DNA from: Vicugna vicugna
Taxonomy: Eukaryota
Assembly (NCBI GenBank): GCA_013265495.1
Contig: MU062380.1
Span: 6,948,542 to 7,012,541 of the forward strand
Direction: 5' to 3'
Length of the DNA: 64,000 bases
The notes beneath the pieces are model-generated. The model was not told where the DNA came from, made no database searches, and saw nothing but the letters and a program-made list of their open reading frames with translations. How positions within the stretch are numbered: the stretch's first letter is position 1; each line of letters begins with the position of its first letter. Both the position numbers and the translations under genes were made by a program. Positions 1-11,255 of the stretch are shown in pieces.

Positions 1-1529
1 ATGAAACAGCGAACCCACCCATCCGGTGAATTCTTCTCTGCTCTCGTTTCCAAACTGGCACAGGCTTAGCTGAGCTTGCACCTCACTTGTTAATCTCCTT
101 CTTGCATCCCTGTTTTTGTGGCTGTCAGAACTCCATATTATGCAAATTGGGTTTAAGCAATTAAGGCAATAATGTTTCCCTTGAAAAGTCTGACAAGGTG
201 GTGGGAGCTTGGACTGAATTTTATAGACAGGAGCTTGGATGCTTATTTACCTACAAATAGAGGAACAAGAGAAGGGAAAACACTGCAGTATCAGCCTTAC
301 CTGACCTGTGCTACTGATTTTCTTGCTTTTCCTCGGTTGTTTCACAGGAGAACAAAGGGTCACTCCACAGCATTAGCGGGTGGTAAATTTAGAACAAATG
401 AACACTTTTCACAAGATATAGAGATAACCTGTTGAATTTGCTACTGCAAAAGGCCATGGAATCAAGTCTTTGGGCAGATTTTAAAGGGGACTAGGCAATT
501 TCATGACAACATTTGAAGCCAATCTGTGTTTCCTGTTTGAGGTCACGAGCTCATTGTCTTGCAGCTAAGAGAAGCAAGGCCAGAAGGCTGGACTTTGTCT
601 TCAGTAAACCAAAATGCACAGTAGATGAGAATGTCACAGTTACTTTCCTTCGAAAAGTCCACTGTCATTAGGAAACTAGATATGATGCATCAGATTCTCA
701 ACTGGAAGACTCCACATTTCTGTTCCTAGGGGAATAGTACCCAGATGATGCCGTGCCCAGCTTGAGTATGTGGCCAAAAAGAAACCCTCTTACCTTGCCA
801 GAAATAGTTTTTTTAAATATCCTTTGCTAAAATCCTCATATATGACTGTGAATATTTCCCTTCTCCCAGCAGTGTGGTTGAGGCTTTTCCAAATGTCAAA
901 GTATCAGTAGGAAATGATGCCCACTATCATAATAAATTCCTGGCATTTATTAACTGTTCAGCCTTTCATGAGTGGATCAACAGGTGATCAGAAAATACTT
1001 ACTTAGCTGAGCGTGTGTGTGAATGAGAAGAGAGAGTTGGAAAGTGAGACTGAACAGCAGTAAAAATATAAGGTGTCTTTCTCCTAATTGTTAATTATTC
1101 TATCACCATAGCCCTTATTTCTGGCTCCTTATACACACCTTTTCAGTTTCCCTCACATGGAAAGCTCTATGATTTTTCCAAGATTCCTCTTTCTAAAAAT
1201 ACAATCCCTGTCACCCAACATCAACATCCATACTCTCACTTTCCCTTAATTCTCTAAATTTCTCTGAGTATAATCAGTGGTTGCTGGAACCACTTCCTCC
1301 CTTCCATACATTCCTCAAAGAATAGAATTCTGATCTCTGCTCCCTGAAATAATTTTCTTAAAAAAAAAAGCCAAACACACAATTCAATATTAGCCCAGGC
1401 TAATCAAGTCCTTCGGATCTCACTCTGCTTGATTGCTCTATAGCATTTCACACTGTTAGCCTTCTTGAAACTTTGACTTGCCTTCAACTCATCTGTCTGA
1501 TGATTCTCTTTCTCACTGTTCTTCATTCT

Positions 1530-1840
1530 GTTTATCCATTTATTCACTCATTCCTTCATTCATTTATTCTAGTAAACAGGTATTAGATTTCTACTCTATG
1601 CTAAGAATTGTGATATATTCTGGGACTGCAAGATTTTGAAGACCCAGTCCCAGCTTTAAGGAAACTTTACGTCAATGGAGATAAAATAAATGCAAATGAA
1701 TTAGCATCATGTAGCAAGTTAAGTGTAATGATAGTGCAAATATGATTGGAGGCAGAGAGAAAGCACAGGTATCTGGTGGGATTAAGTATCAGGAAAGCAT
1801 CTTGAAAGAAGTGACAACTGAGTTGAATTTAAAAATTTTA
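1530..1840 (-). mobile_element. L2 LINE 3' end fossil
   Basis: Starts with (CATT/TCAT)n, the reverse of the L2 (GAAT)n tail, followed by degenerate L2 3' sequence; boundaries approximate. Confidence 0.65.
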
Positions 1841-1879
1841 AGAGCAAGTTAACCGGGTGTCTCATAAAAATAGATGTTG

Positions 1880-2640
1880 CCCAAGTTCTCCTGCTCAGCC
1901 TTCTTCCCAGTCAGCTCCAGACTTCCTATAGCTTTAACCCTGGAAAATCACTGATGATATACACCTCAACAGTAATTTCTAATGAGCTTTGACTTTCTAA
2001 TAGAAATCCCCATCCAGATTTCTAACTTCTTGGTGGAAACGTCTCTAAATTTCCTTCTCTAGATAGCACACCTAAATATTACCCCTGCCCACGTATCTTC
2101 CTTTTGACTAGAGTGTCCAATCCAAGTTAATAATAGACTCTTTCATTCAGTCAATGAAACTTGAAACCATGGAGGCATTTTGAGGTTCTCATTCTTCTAC
2201 TTCAAACTACACAACACATTGGTCACCAGCTTCTAGAAATTCTATCTCCCAAAGGAACATCAAATCTGTTTTCTCCTTCGTAGCCCCACAGCCGTGATTA
2301 TCACCATATCTTATGAATAGTGACGACTTCCCATCCGATCTGCCTGAATTTAGTCTCACAGAAATGCTTACAAAGGAAGGTCCGTGCATTTTTTTTTGAC
2401 ATTTTATTCCTCATCCTTCTCTTTTCAACATCATCTCCCCTCATTCTTTCATTCCTATCTTGCACGTCACCCATACCAGATGGCTTCTGCTTACCTGCAT
2501 AAGTCGTTTTTGTCCGTATCTACAAGCCATTTCTCACAGTGTTCCTTCTTGTGACTCCCTTTCTCTGACTGGTGAAATTTAATTTATTCTTCGTGCTCCA
2601 GTTTAAATGCCATCTTACTATAATTCTCTAGGAAGGATTA
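1880..2640 (+). mobile_element. L2 LINE fossil (degraded)
   Basis: Pyrimidine-rich, C-rich degenerate sequence resembling the L2 ORF2/3' region; recalled similarity only. Confidence 0.45.
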
Positions 2641-2654
2641 AGTACTTTCTAGGC

Positions 2655-2691
2655 AGATAGATTGATAGATAGACAGACAGACAGACAGATA
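2655..2691. repeat. (GATA)n/(GACA)n compound microsatellite
   Basis: agatagattgatagatagacagacagacagacagat seen directly. Confidence 0.9.
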
Positions 2692-4528
2692 TAAAAACAG
2701 AGATAGATATACTTTTATTTATCCAGCTTTATATATTAAAACAGTAACACGCACCATTTTATAATAATGCTGGCCACGTGTGTGTCCTGCCCACTAGACT
2801 GCATCCACTTGGGGGGAGGCTGGGTCTTGTACTACTGCTCAGGCGAGGCCCAAAAGCCCATCTGTAGAATGAAAGTATGGTTCCTCTGGCTCTCAGTTTC
2901 CTAGTGTTCTTCTGAAGAACCAGAGGTTCTCATTATTAAGAATAATCTGAAATCGATGGCTTAATATTGGAACAGAAGAATTAAGATGGTACTAAGAAAA
3001 GAGACCAATCCAAATGATTTGGATACAAAATCTGCTGCCCTGTCTAGAGAGTGAAATAGGGAAGGCTTTGAAGAGTTGGCACAGTGCTTTAAGCAATCTT
3101 TAGTTTAATACGCTGAGCCTGTAGAGTTGTAACTTATCCAATCTAGCTGAGTAAGGTGAGTTTGTATACTTCATACTAGTTTGTAAACCATGATTGCCTG
3201 GCACTGTAGTTTAAAAAAAATGATGTTGTCTGCATCTTGAAGCAGCTGGCTCTACGTGAATATTGGAGGTGAGGCATTTCGAAGGAGTAACAAGGACAAA
3301 GTTATAAATTCTATGCCTGGAGTCTACATTCTTGCAGTCTGTTTGCATCTCTCCCAAAGCCATCCTGGTCTTTCCAGGATGGGGAGGGCAAACAGAGACA
3401 AGGGCAGCATCGAGGGGTGGGTGATGGAACCCAGAAGGAGTGTGTGTGTTTGTGTGTGTGTCAGAGGGGGAGTTACTTTTGTTTCAGGGCTATTTATCAG
3501 CGACCACTGCTTAAGAGTACTTGTTATTTGGAATAGAGATGCATGGCCTCTAGTCTTCCTTTAATTTAATGGACCTCTTAGGAAGCATACAGCTTGGCCC
3601 ATAGGGGAAGAGAATAACAGAAGGAGAAACCATGGCAATGAAAAACCCAGGCAATGGAAGGCTTTCCGAGTTAATCAACATTAGCAGGGATGTGGCCAAA
3701 ATGGGTATGGGAGCCCAAGAAGGAGGTGAGATCTTGAGTGAGGGAGTGCCTGGAGAGAGGATGATCCAAAGGAGAAAGAAGACTGCTGGAAAGAAGGAAT
3801 GAAAAAAGGGAGAGGAAGGACGATACATCATCCCCTTTGAAATTTTACCCAAGGCAAGCACTGCCTTTTATTTTGGCTACATATGGTAAGTCAGATTTCT
3901 AAAAAGGAAAAACTCCTGCTGTGTTTTTGTTCCTAAAATTCTCTTCCTGACCCAGTACAATTTTCATCAAAAATTGAAATTTTATTCTGGCAATGATAGC
4001 TGAAATGGAAATCCCTGAAAATGAATATGATCGCTTAGGTAGTATACTGGGGAGAAATACAATGAATGCTCTTAATAATTATGATCTACTTGAGACAGGA
4101 CTCAAATATTTCCATCTGCCCACTGGCAAATTTGCATGAAATAAATGGGTTTAGTAGAATTATTGTCAATTCAATTCATGTCAACAAATACTTATTGATA
4201 GTTGGACACAGTATTAGAGTCTTTAGATAAAGGAGATGAATAAGACAACATCATAATCAAATATTTGCAGAGGACTTACTAGAGCCAGAAATTATGTTCT
4301 AGTCGATAAAACAGAATGGAACCTAACACCACCGTAACTAAGGATGGAACTTTTCTCCTGGAGTACTTACTAGCAGCAAAACTGTTTAAAGATATAGTTA
4401 GATTGCATATTTCTGGCTACCTAATTTAATTATATTTGTGTTAAATTAATTAACACTAATATGACAAAATGATTTGATTGGAAATATTAAAATAGACTTT
4501 AATATTAGAAAGTCTGAAAAAAGATAGT

Positions 4529-4944
4529 TGAATCAGTGAAGGCACAACCAGGGAAACAAAACTCTCAAAGCATTTAAATAAAGGAAATTAAATCCAAAAG
4601 ATGTGTTACGCAGGTGATAGAATTGTGAGAAGCCAATCAGAGGGCACTGAGGCAACCCAGAGATTAGCATTAACTATGGAGACAATGAGAAGGATTAGGG
4701 TTACCAGAGCCAAGGGACTGATCTCCAGAGGAGATGTAGCCACAGCCAAAGATGGTGAGCAGAGCAGAGACAAAGGGAGAGAGACACCCTGGCCTCTCCC
4801 ATGCCCCTGTCCTCTCATTTTCTGCCAGAGCTTCTCACTGAATGAGGGAACATAGCTGACAGGGGAGCCTGGGAAACGCAGCCTGTACCAGTCACTCACA
4901 GTGACTCAGAAGAGAAGGGGAGAGTGAGGAATGGCTCTTAGGGT
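4529..4944 (-). mobile_element. Ancient ERVL/MaLR-class LTR fragment, interrupted by a younger LTR
   Basis: tgaatcagtgaagg...gaggcaacccagagattagc resembles old eutherian ERVL-class LTRs; subfamily and strand uncertain. Confidence 0.45.
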
Positions 4945-5290
4945 TGTTAACAGATAAACTGAGGCATATTAAAAGATTTTAAGAATTTATCTGAGCAAAA
5001 GTTGATCGGAATTGGGCCGTGCCACACCAGAAGTGGTTAGAAGCGTTCCATCTGACAGAGCTGGGGAAAAACTTCTGTGGAGAAAAAGTGGAAGCAAAGC
5101 AAGGAAATTATTGATTGACTGTAGTTTAAAACCTACTTGGTTATTTGTGATTGGCTGTCCTTAGGTTTTAGGTTCCTAAGCTTGAAGTATTTACAGCCTT
5201 AGATTTTGATTTGTCACCAAACTAAAACTCAAATGCCTTGGTATTAGAGCCGTCTCAGTCTAATAGCCTCCTTGTTTAATTAATTTAACA
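4945..5290 (-). mobile_element. ERV1-type solo LTR (346 bp)
   Basis: TGTTAA...TTAACA termini; 4-bp flanks gggt (4941-4944) and gagt (5291-5294) fit a 4-bp TSD with one mismatch. Confidence 0.8.
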
Positions 5291-6619
5291 GAGTAAGGAG
5301 AGCCAAGAACCGGCAGCGAGGTGTGTATTCCCGCAGATCTACTTTAAACCAAGAACATGGATTGCCTGTGATATTCTTTACACACCCCTTTTATGTTGTC
5401 CCACGTCTGAACCATAAACAATGACTCACTGAGTATAAAGCAAGGTGGAGGGGAGGTTGGGAGGAGTCCCTCAAGGAACACCCCACATCAGCACTGCAGT
5501 CGGAGTCCTTGACACTGTGGTGCTTGAGATCCGCAGGAGCTAAGAAAGAAAATAGCTTTTCTCTGCATGTCCGTTCCACTGTCAGCACTGTAGACTGCGC
5601 TCTGCATTTCTCTCTAGATGTCATGTGGTGGCCACGTGCGTTTGGCCATCTGTAGCTCAATACATTCTGGTTTAGGCAGAAAGATCTTGTGTCATCACTT
5701 CTCACCCTTTCTCTCTCTCACGTCCCCAACTTCTTCCTATTATGATGCAGTTTTTTTTTTCATGCTGACTTCTTTCTTGCCAGTGGGAGGGGTCTTGCTT
5801 TAGAAATGGCCAGTTCCCATTGCAAACTGAATGCAGCTACTAAAGGCTTTCAGGTTTCTGTCTGAAACTCAGCATGACTTAGTTATAAAAGGAAACACTG
5901 TGCACCACAAAAAAGTAGATGTAGGACTGAACTGGGGTCAGTAAAGAGAAGACTGTGTAGCTAGTGATAGTACGGCATTTAATTCAACTCCTAAAGAATA
6001 TTACTGTTACTAATTTGTTGTTTTAGCCAGGGTTTTAAAGTTTAGCTTTTATGGTTTTGTATTTTTCCTTTCATCTTAATGGTTGGATGGTGTAGGCTGA
6101 AGAGTGGAAAGATTTAGGTGTATTTTCCTATGTTCTGTTGGCCAGGCTTTCAAGTCTTCTCCAGCTTTTGTTTTTAATATGAATTTGATCAAGTTCCAAT
6201 CCACAAATGAATTATATTGTTGCAAAAGGGCATCAGCCTTTATCTAGCAGTGTCTGACTTGCAGTAAGCATCCTTTCCTTTTCTTTTCCTTTCTTTCTGT
6301 AAATATAAAATCTTTTTACAAGATTTATCAGGTCTCTCAGATGAGGAGCATTTCATTTAAATCTGAGAAAGCATCACATTATAAGACAAATGATGCCCTG
6401 CTTTTCCAACACAATTAAAGACTCCAAGCCTTATGCCTCTGTGATAAGTAATTCCAGAGATGGAAACTTTGAGGAAGAGACTGTCTGAGTTCAAATCCTC
6501 CCCTTAACCTGAACAACAGAGGGAAAAAATGAGACAATCAAGAATCACATCACCTTTTTATGGGAGATAGAAGACTGCTTTATAATTTCTGGTCAAACTA
6601 GAACAAATCAAATGATTGC

Positions 6620-6745
6620 AAGCTCAGAAATCTTAGTTTGTAAAATGTGAAAATAGTGTCCATAGTTCATGATTTTAATAAGGACTTCCTGAGTTCATGT
6701 GTGTGGAAGTGCTTTACAAACACTAAAGCATTATAAAGATAAAAA
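6620..6745 (+). mobile_element. MIR fragment
   Basis: tttgtaaaatgtgaaaatagt...gtgtggaagtgctttacaaacactaaagcatta resembles the MIR core/3' part. Confidence 0.55.
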
Positions 6746-7307
6746 GATTTTAACATCACCCTCACCCTCATTTCTAATTGCACAAGAAACTATACCATGG
6801 GGTTTATTCTGTCACAGTGCGGTGGTTGGCATATCACTACAAACGTTATCAAATTAAATGGTAGTGAAAACACTTCTAATACTAGTATAACATTTAGTTT
6901 ACCTATTACATTTACTAGGTAAAAGAAAGTAGACTGGAAATTAGTCTCTGGCTGAGACAGCTTTGTTCATCAGCCAGGCTTTCAGAGCTGAAACGGTTCT
7001 TAACGATCACCCATTCCAATATCTTGATTACTTCATAACCAAACAAACACCCCTGAAAACCAGGGGAGAATGACACAGAACCATTACCAAAGTTGTAGCA
7101 GAAATGCTGGAAATAATGGGGGAAAGAAACTGTTCATTTGCCTGCTCTTGCTGACTCATGCACTTAATTCTCTTCTTTAATTTTCCATCTTTCCAGGTGT
7201 CACTTATTGGTAATATTTTCATATGCCTTCGTATTTTCCAACTCATTCTCTCCAATTTCACCCCCTCCCAACATATTGAGAAATAAAGATAAAGAGAGTG
7301 AAATTGA

Positions 7308-7335
7308 AAACAAACAAACAAACAAACAAACAAAC
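7308..7335. repeat. (AAAC)7 microsatellite
   Basis: Seen directly. Confidence 0.95.
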
Positions 7336-7809
7336 CTCAGGCAAAGAAATGGAAAAGGAAGGAAAAGTTTACTGGAAAAATTTGAAAATTTTAGAGAGGT
7401 GTTGAGGGTGGCTAGGTAGAGAGGCTGATGATTGAAAAGAAGAAGATTGGATGCTAGGGTTTGGAACAGATATCTGACATTTCATCCTATACCTACTCTT
7501 GTTCCATTTCCTTCCAACTGAGGTTCATCCATCCGTGTTACCACCATAGCGAAAAGGTGTTTCTTAAGCCACCTCTCACTGAGAGGAACAATCAGAAAGT
7601 CTCTGATAAAGCCTTTGTTTAGTTTGTGAATTATCATATTAATATTTCATCTAATGTCATGTGTTCTCATAGTTCTAACAGTCATCAAATCGTGGAAGCC
7701 ATGCTCATGTTTTTGTTACCCACCCCCCAAAAAATCTTCCCATAATAGAATATTTTTTAAAAATTTGAGTTCATGTCTGTCATCTCATCTTTCCTCACAG
7801 TAATTCAGA

Positions 7810-7945
7810 AATTAAACAGATATTTTTGACTCTGTTTTACAGATTAAAAAAGCTAGGGCCTGTGGATGTTATGCAACTGGATATCACACAGCAAGTTCAT
7901 AATGTATAAGTAAGTGATGCAGGAGTTAAACCTGATTCCTGAACC
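7810..7945 (-). mobile_element. MIR fragment
   Basis: ctgttttacagatt...atcacacagc resembles the reverse MIR core. Confidence 0.5.
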
Positions 7946-8430
7946 AAATAATCAGGATATGACTGAATATGATCCAGAGATGTGGTTTGGACGTTTTTAA
8001 CATTTACCATACGTTCTAAAAATTTTCATAGTTTAGAAAATATGTCCTTAGAGGCCCCTGAAAAGCCCTGAAATATGTCATTGGCTACTTAGAGAAATAT
8101 CATGCAGGAATGTTGGGAAAATGAGACAACGCAGAAAGCCAGATTCAGACCAGAGTAGCTAAAACAAGAAACCAGACCATGGAGACATCAGTTCCATTTC
8201 TCAAGCTAAGCTGCCTGGTTGACCATGGGACTCAGTGAGGCTGGTTGGTATCCAGAAGTTAAGTGGTATCCCCAGCTGCTCAGATCATCTTGTCTCCCCA
8301 AGGTTGTTAACCTTCCTTGGACTGCAGACCTATTTAGGAATCCCCCCAAAATGTGTCGTCATGAGAATTCACACAATAACTATTTCATTCACTATCAGGA
8401 ATTCACAGACTTCCTAAAACCTCTTTATAT

Positions 8431-8619
8431 ACTGCTTCTCAGTGTGTGCCCCTTGGACCACTTCATCAGAACTCCTAGAGTGCTGGCTTATCAAAATGCA
8501 GATTCCTGATTCTCATCCCAAACCCATCAAAACAGTCTCTGTGTATGGAGTCTAGGAATTTGCATTTTAACAAGTCCAACGGCTGATTCTTATGCAGTCT
8601 CAAGTTTAAGAATCTATGG
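8431..8619. mobile_element. MER5-family hAT-Charlie MITE
   Basis: ctgcttctcagtgtg...aaaatgcagattcctg...aatttgcattttaacaag...gattcttatgca...gtttaagaatc matches the MER5A/B layout. Confidence 0.8.
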
Positions 8620-9492
8620 TTTAAGTTTCCATTGAGCCCAGGAAAAACATTCTATCTTAGAAAAATAAATCTGGGGCCACCCCACAAACTCAGCCATCCT
8701 GTTCCAGCCTTAAGCAATGCTGCCAGGTAGCCCATATTGAAGCTAGGATGAGCACTGCTCATGGAAGGCCAGTGGTGCTTGGTTCTTGTGTTTTTCTCCA
8801 CTGAAGGTACCCAAGGTAGGAAGGCATCTAATTTAATATGAGCCTCAGAAGGCATCTAGCAGTTTGCCCATTATCTAGCACCTTCTAAAAGAGTATTCTA
8901 GCTGTTAAGTTCTGTTTACAAAATGTTATGATCTCAGTTATGCCACACACCCCGCCCCCCATAATAACAGAAAATACTACCTGCCTTGTAGCTTTCCACT
9001 GTCCATGACACATGCACTTTTCACGTATCCCTCTGGTTTGGAAATATGAAGCCAGTGCAGTAAAAAGTCAATGAGCCAGTCCTGTTAATTTCCATTAAAA
9101 TGCAGGTACACACTGTTTGTTTATCTCCCTCTGGGAACAAGCTGAGAAACTGTTAGTGTGGGGGAAAATAATAATAAAAAAAAAAGTCTTAAGCGTTGAC
9201 TCCGCAATTTCAGGGCTTGATAAGTCCTTCTGAGTGTAGCACTCCATCACTTTTCTCAGCAGGGTATAATTACTTATAACTTGAAGGTTTTATCTCTGGG
9301 CTGCCTCTAATATAAAGGGGGAAAAAGAAGGTAAATCTGCCAGTCACTGGAAGTATGGATGTTTAATTAAGTATCATATATAATTGTTTCAGTCTCTTGG
9401 GTGACAGTTGCATAGTCCTAGGAATCTGAGTTGGGGGTAGGGAGATCATCTAGCTGACTTACGAAGATTTATAAAGTAGAGATCTTTTAATG

Positions 9493-9497
<5 letters not shown>

Positions 9498-9526
<29 letters not shown>
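9498..9526. repeat. (TG)14 microsatellite
   Basis: Seen directly. Confidence 0.95.
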
Positions 9527-9529
<3 letters not shown>

Positions 9530-10109
9530 CTTCTATGATTGCACCTGAGGCTCATCCTGGTGTTTGGTTTTTTTAATCTTGCGTTGCTTGATACTCATTG
9601 TCTCTAGGAACCCTTCTCAGTATTTTAAACCATGAAATAATTATTTTGTCCTCTGTTCAGTTTCTTTGTGTCCTCTCTCTTGTATTTAATATTTACATGC
9701 GGTGTATCTCATGTAACCTCATTGAACAAAAAATAGAGAAGGCAAACTGGGGTTCTGCATTGATAAAAAGGGGGTTGTCATAGCTCCTTCTAAAATATAT
9801 AGGCCATTTAAAAACCTGTATCAAAATGCCTCTGAGGGCTTTTTCTATTTGTTCCTTCTACCATGGACCAAAACAGCTTTAGAAGTTTCCAGGCATTGTG
9901 GTTACAGGGCTGAGGCTCTGTGACTGTCCATCTCTGTTGGAGATTTTCTCTGGAACAGAGATGGTTCTGGAGGTCTGAGAAGTAGGCTTCTGCTCCGGAT
10001 CTGTGGCGGTGCCCAGACAGCATGTTTCCTGAATGAGCCCCATACCAGGGAAACCCAGACTTACAGCGTTGGCCAGTTTCCATGGTGTAATACTCCCATC
10101 GTGGCCAAT

Positions 10110-11005
10110 CAAGAGGCTCTGCTCAATCCACTCAGGATTTCTTCATAATCCTCAAACAGCCAACATCATCCTCACCTCAGAAATGTGATTATTGTTCCTC
10201 CTTATACCAGGAAAATTCTCCCCTTGTACCAGCCCCTCACTCTCTCTACTGTACTTCATTTAGGCCTCCACTATAACGTCGCCTCCTCAGAGAAGACTTC
10301 ACTGACCAGACAGCAATTTGGATCCACTTTTTCTTTTTTTTTCTTTTTTCTTTTTTTTTTCCTTAATTGAAGTATAGTCAGTTTACAATGTGTCAATTTC
10401 TGGTGTACAGCATAATGTTTCAGTCATACATATACTTACATATATTTTTCATATTCCTTTTTATTAAAGGTTCTTACGAGATATTGAATATAGTTCCTTG
10501 TGCTATATAGAAAAAACTTACTGTTTATCTATTTTATATATAGTAGTTAATATTTGCAAATCTCAAACTTCCAATTTATCCCTTGACACCCCCTTTTCCC
10601 CACCAGGTAGCCATAAGTTTGTTTTCTATGTCTGTGAGTCTGTTTCTATTTTGTAAATAAGTTCATTTGTGTTTTCTTTTTTCTTTTTTTAGATTCCAGA
10701 TATAAGCGATATCATATGGTATTTTTCCTTCTCTTTCTGGCCTACATCACTTAGAATGATGATCTCTGGATCCATCCATGTTGCTGCAAATGACATTATT
10801 TTATTCTTTTTTGGATCCACTTTTTCTTCATAGCACTTATCATGACTTGAAACTATTTGTTGATTTGTTTATTATTAGTTTCTTCCACCAGAAGATAAAC
10901 TAGGAAATTAGTTGGTTTTCTTCATTATTTACTTCTAGTACCGAGAATAAAGCTGGCATGTAGTAAATTTTCAGAAATGACTATTGAATTAATAAATAAA
11001 ATGTA
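10110..11005 (+). mobile_element. L2 3' end, split by an L1 insertion
   Basis: cctcctcagagaagac...[L1]...ttcttcatagcacttatc...ctggcatgtagta...gaattaataaataaaatg follows the L2a 3' end. Confidence 0.7.
10336..10812 (-). mobile_element. 5'-truncated lineage-specific LINE-1 (3' UTR) with 16-bp TSD
   Basis: Poly-T then ttaattgaagtatagtcagtttacaatg; identical flanks ggatccactttttctt at 10320-10335 and 10813-10828. Confidence 0.95.
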
Positions 11006-11119
11006 TGATTAATCAGTCAATAGATGAAGACTGCAAACACTGTGTTAAATTCTGGAATATTTTTGGCTTTAAATATAATAGGAACTGTCCATTCTACTGT
11101 CTTCCCCATTCTGCTTTCA

Positions 11120-11255
11120 TCTTTTTATCATAGTCTCTGTTGAGTATATGTGAGTTTTGTCTGTTAGACTAGGAGCCTCTTGGAGGGAGGGTGATATTTC
11201 TCATTTACTTTTGAATTCCCCATACCTGGAATAGAGTAGAAACTCAATAAATAGA
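11120..11255 (+). mobile_element. L2 3' end fragment
   Basis: ttagactaggagcctcttggagggaggg...ctcaataaata resembles the L2 terminus. Confidence 0.6.

Noticed and set aside
3104-3161. Perfect donor AAG|GTGAGT at 3156 (also ATG|GTAAGT near 3886 and AAG|GTAAGT at 50013)
   Set aside because: No strong upstream acceptor with a compatible open frame; isolated consensus donors are expected by chance
7149-7159. Exact MAF/NF-E2 site TGCTGACTCAT; AP-1 sites at 4902 and 5422
   Set aside because: Isolated motifs at about chance frequency with no supporting cluster
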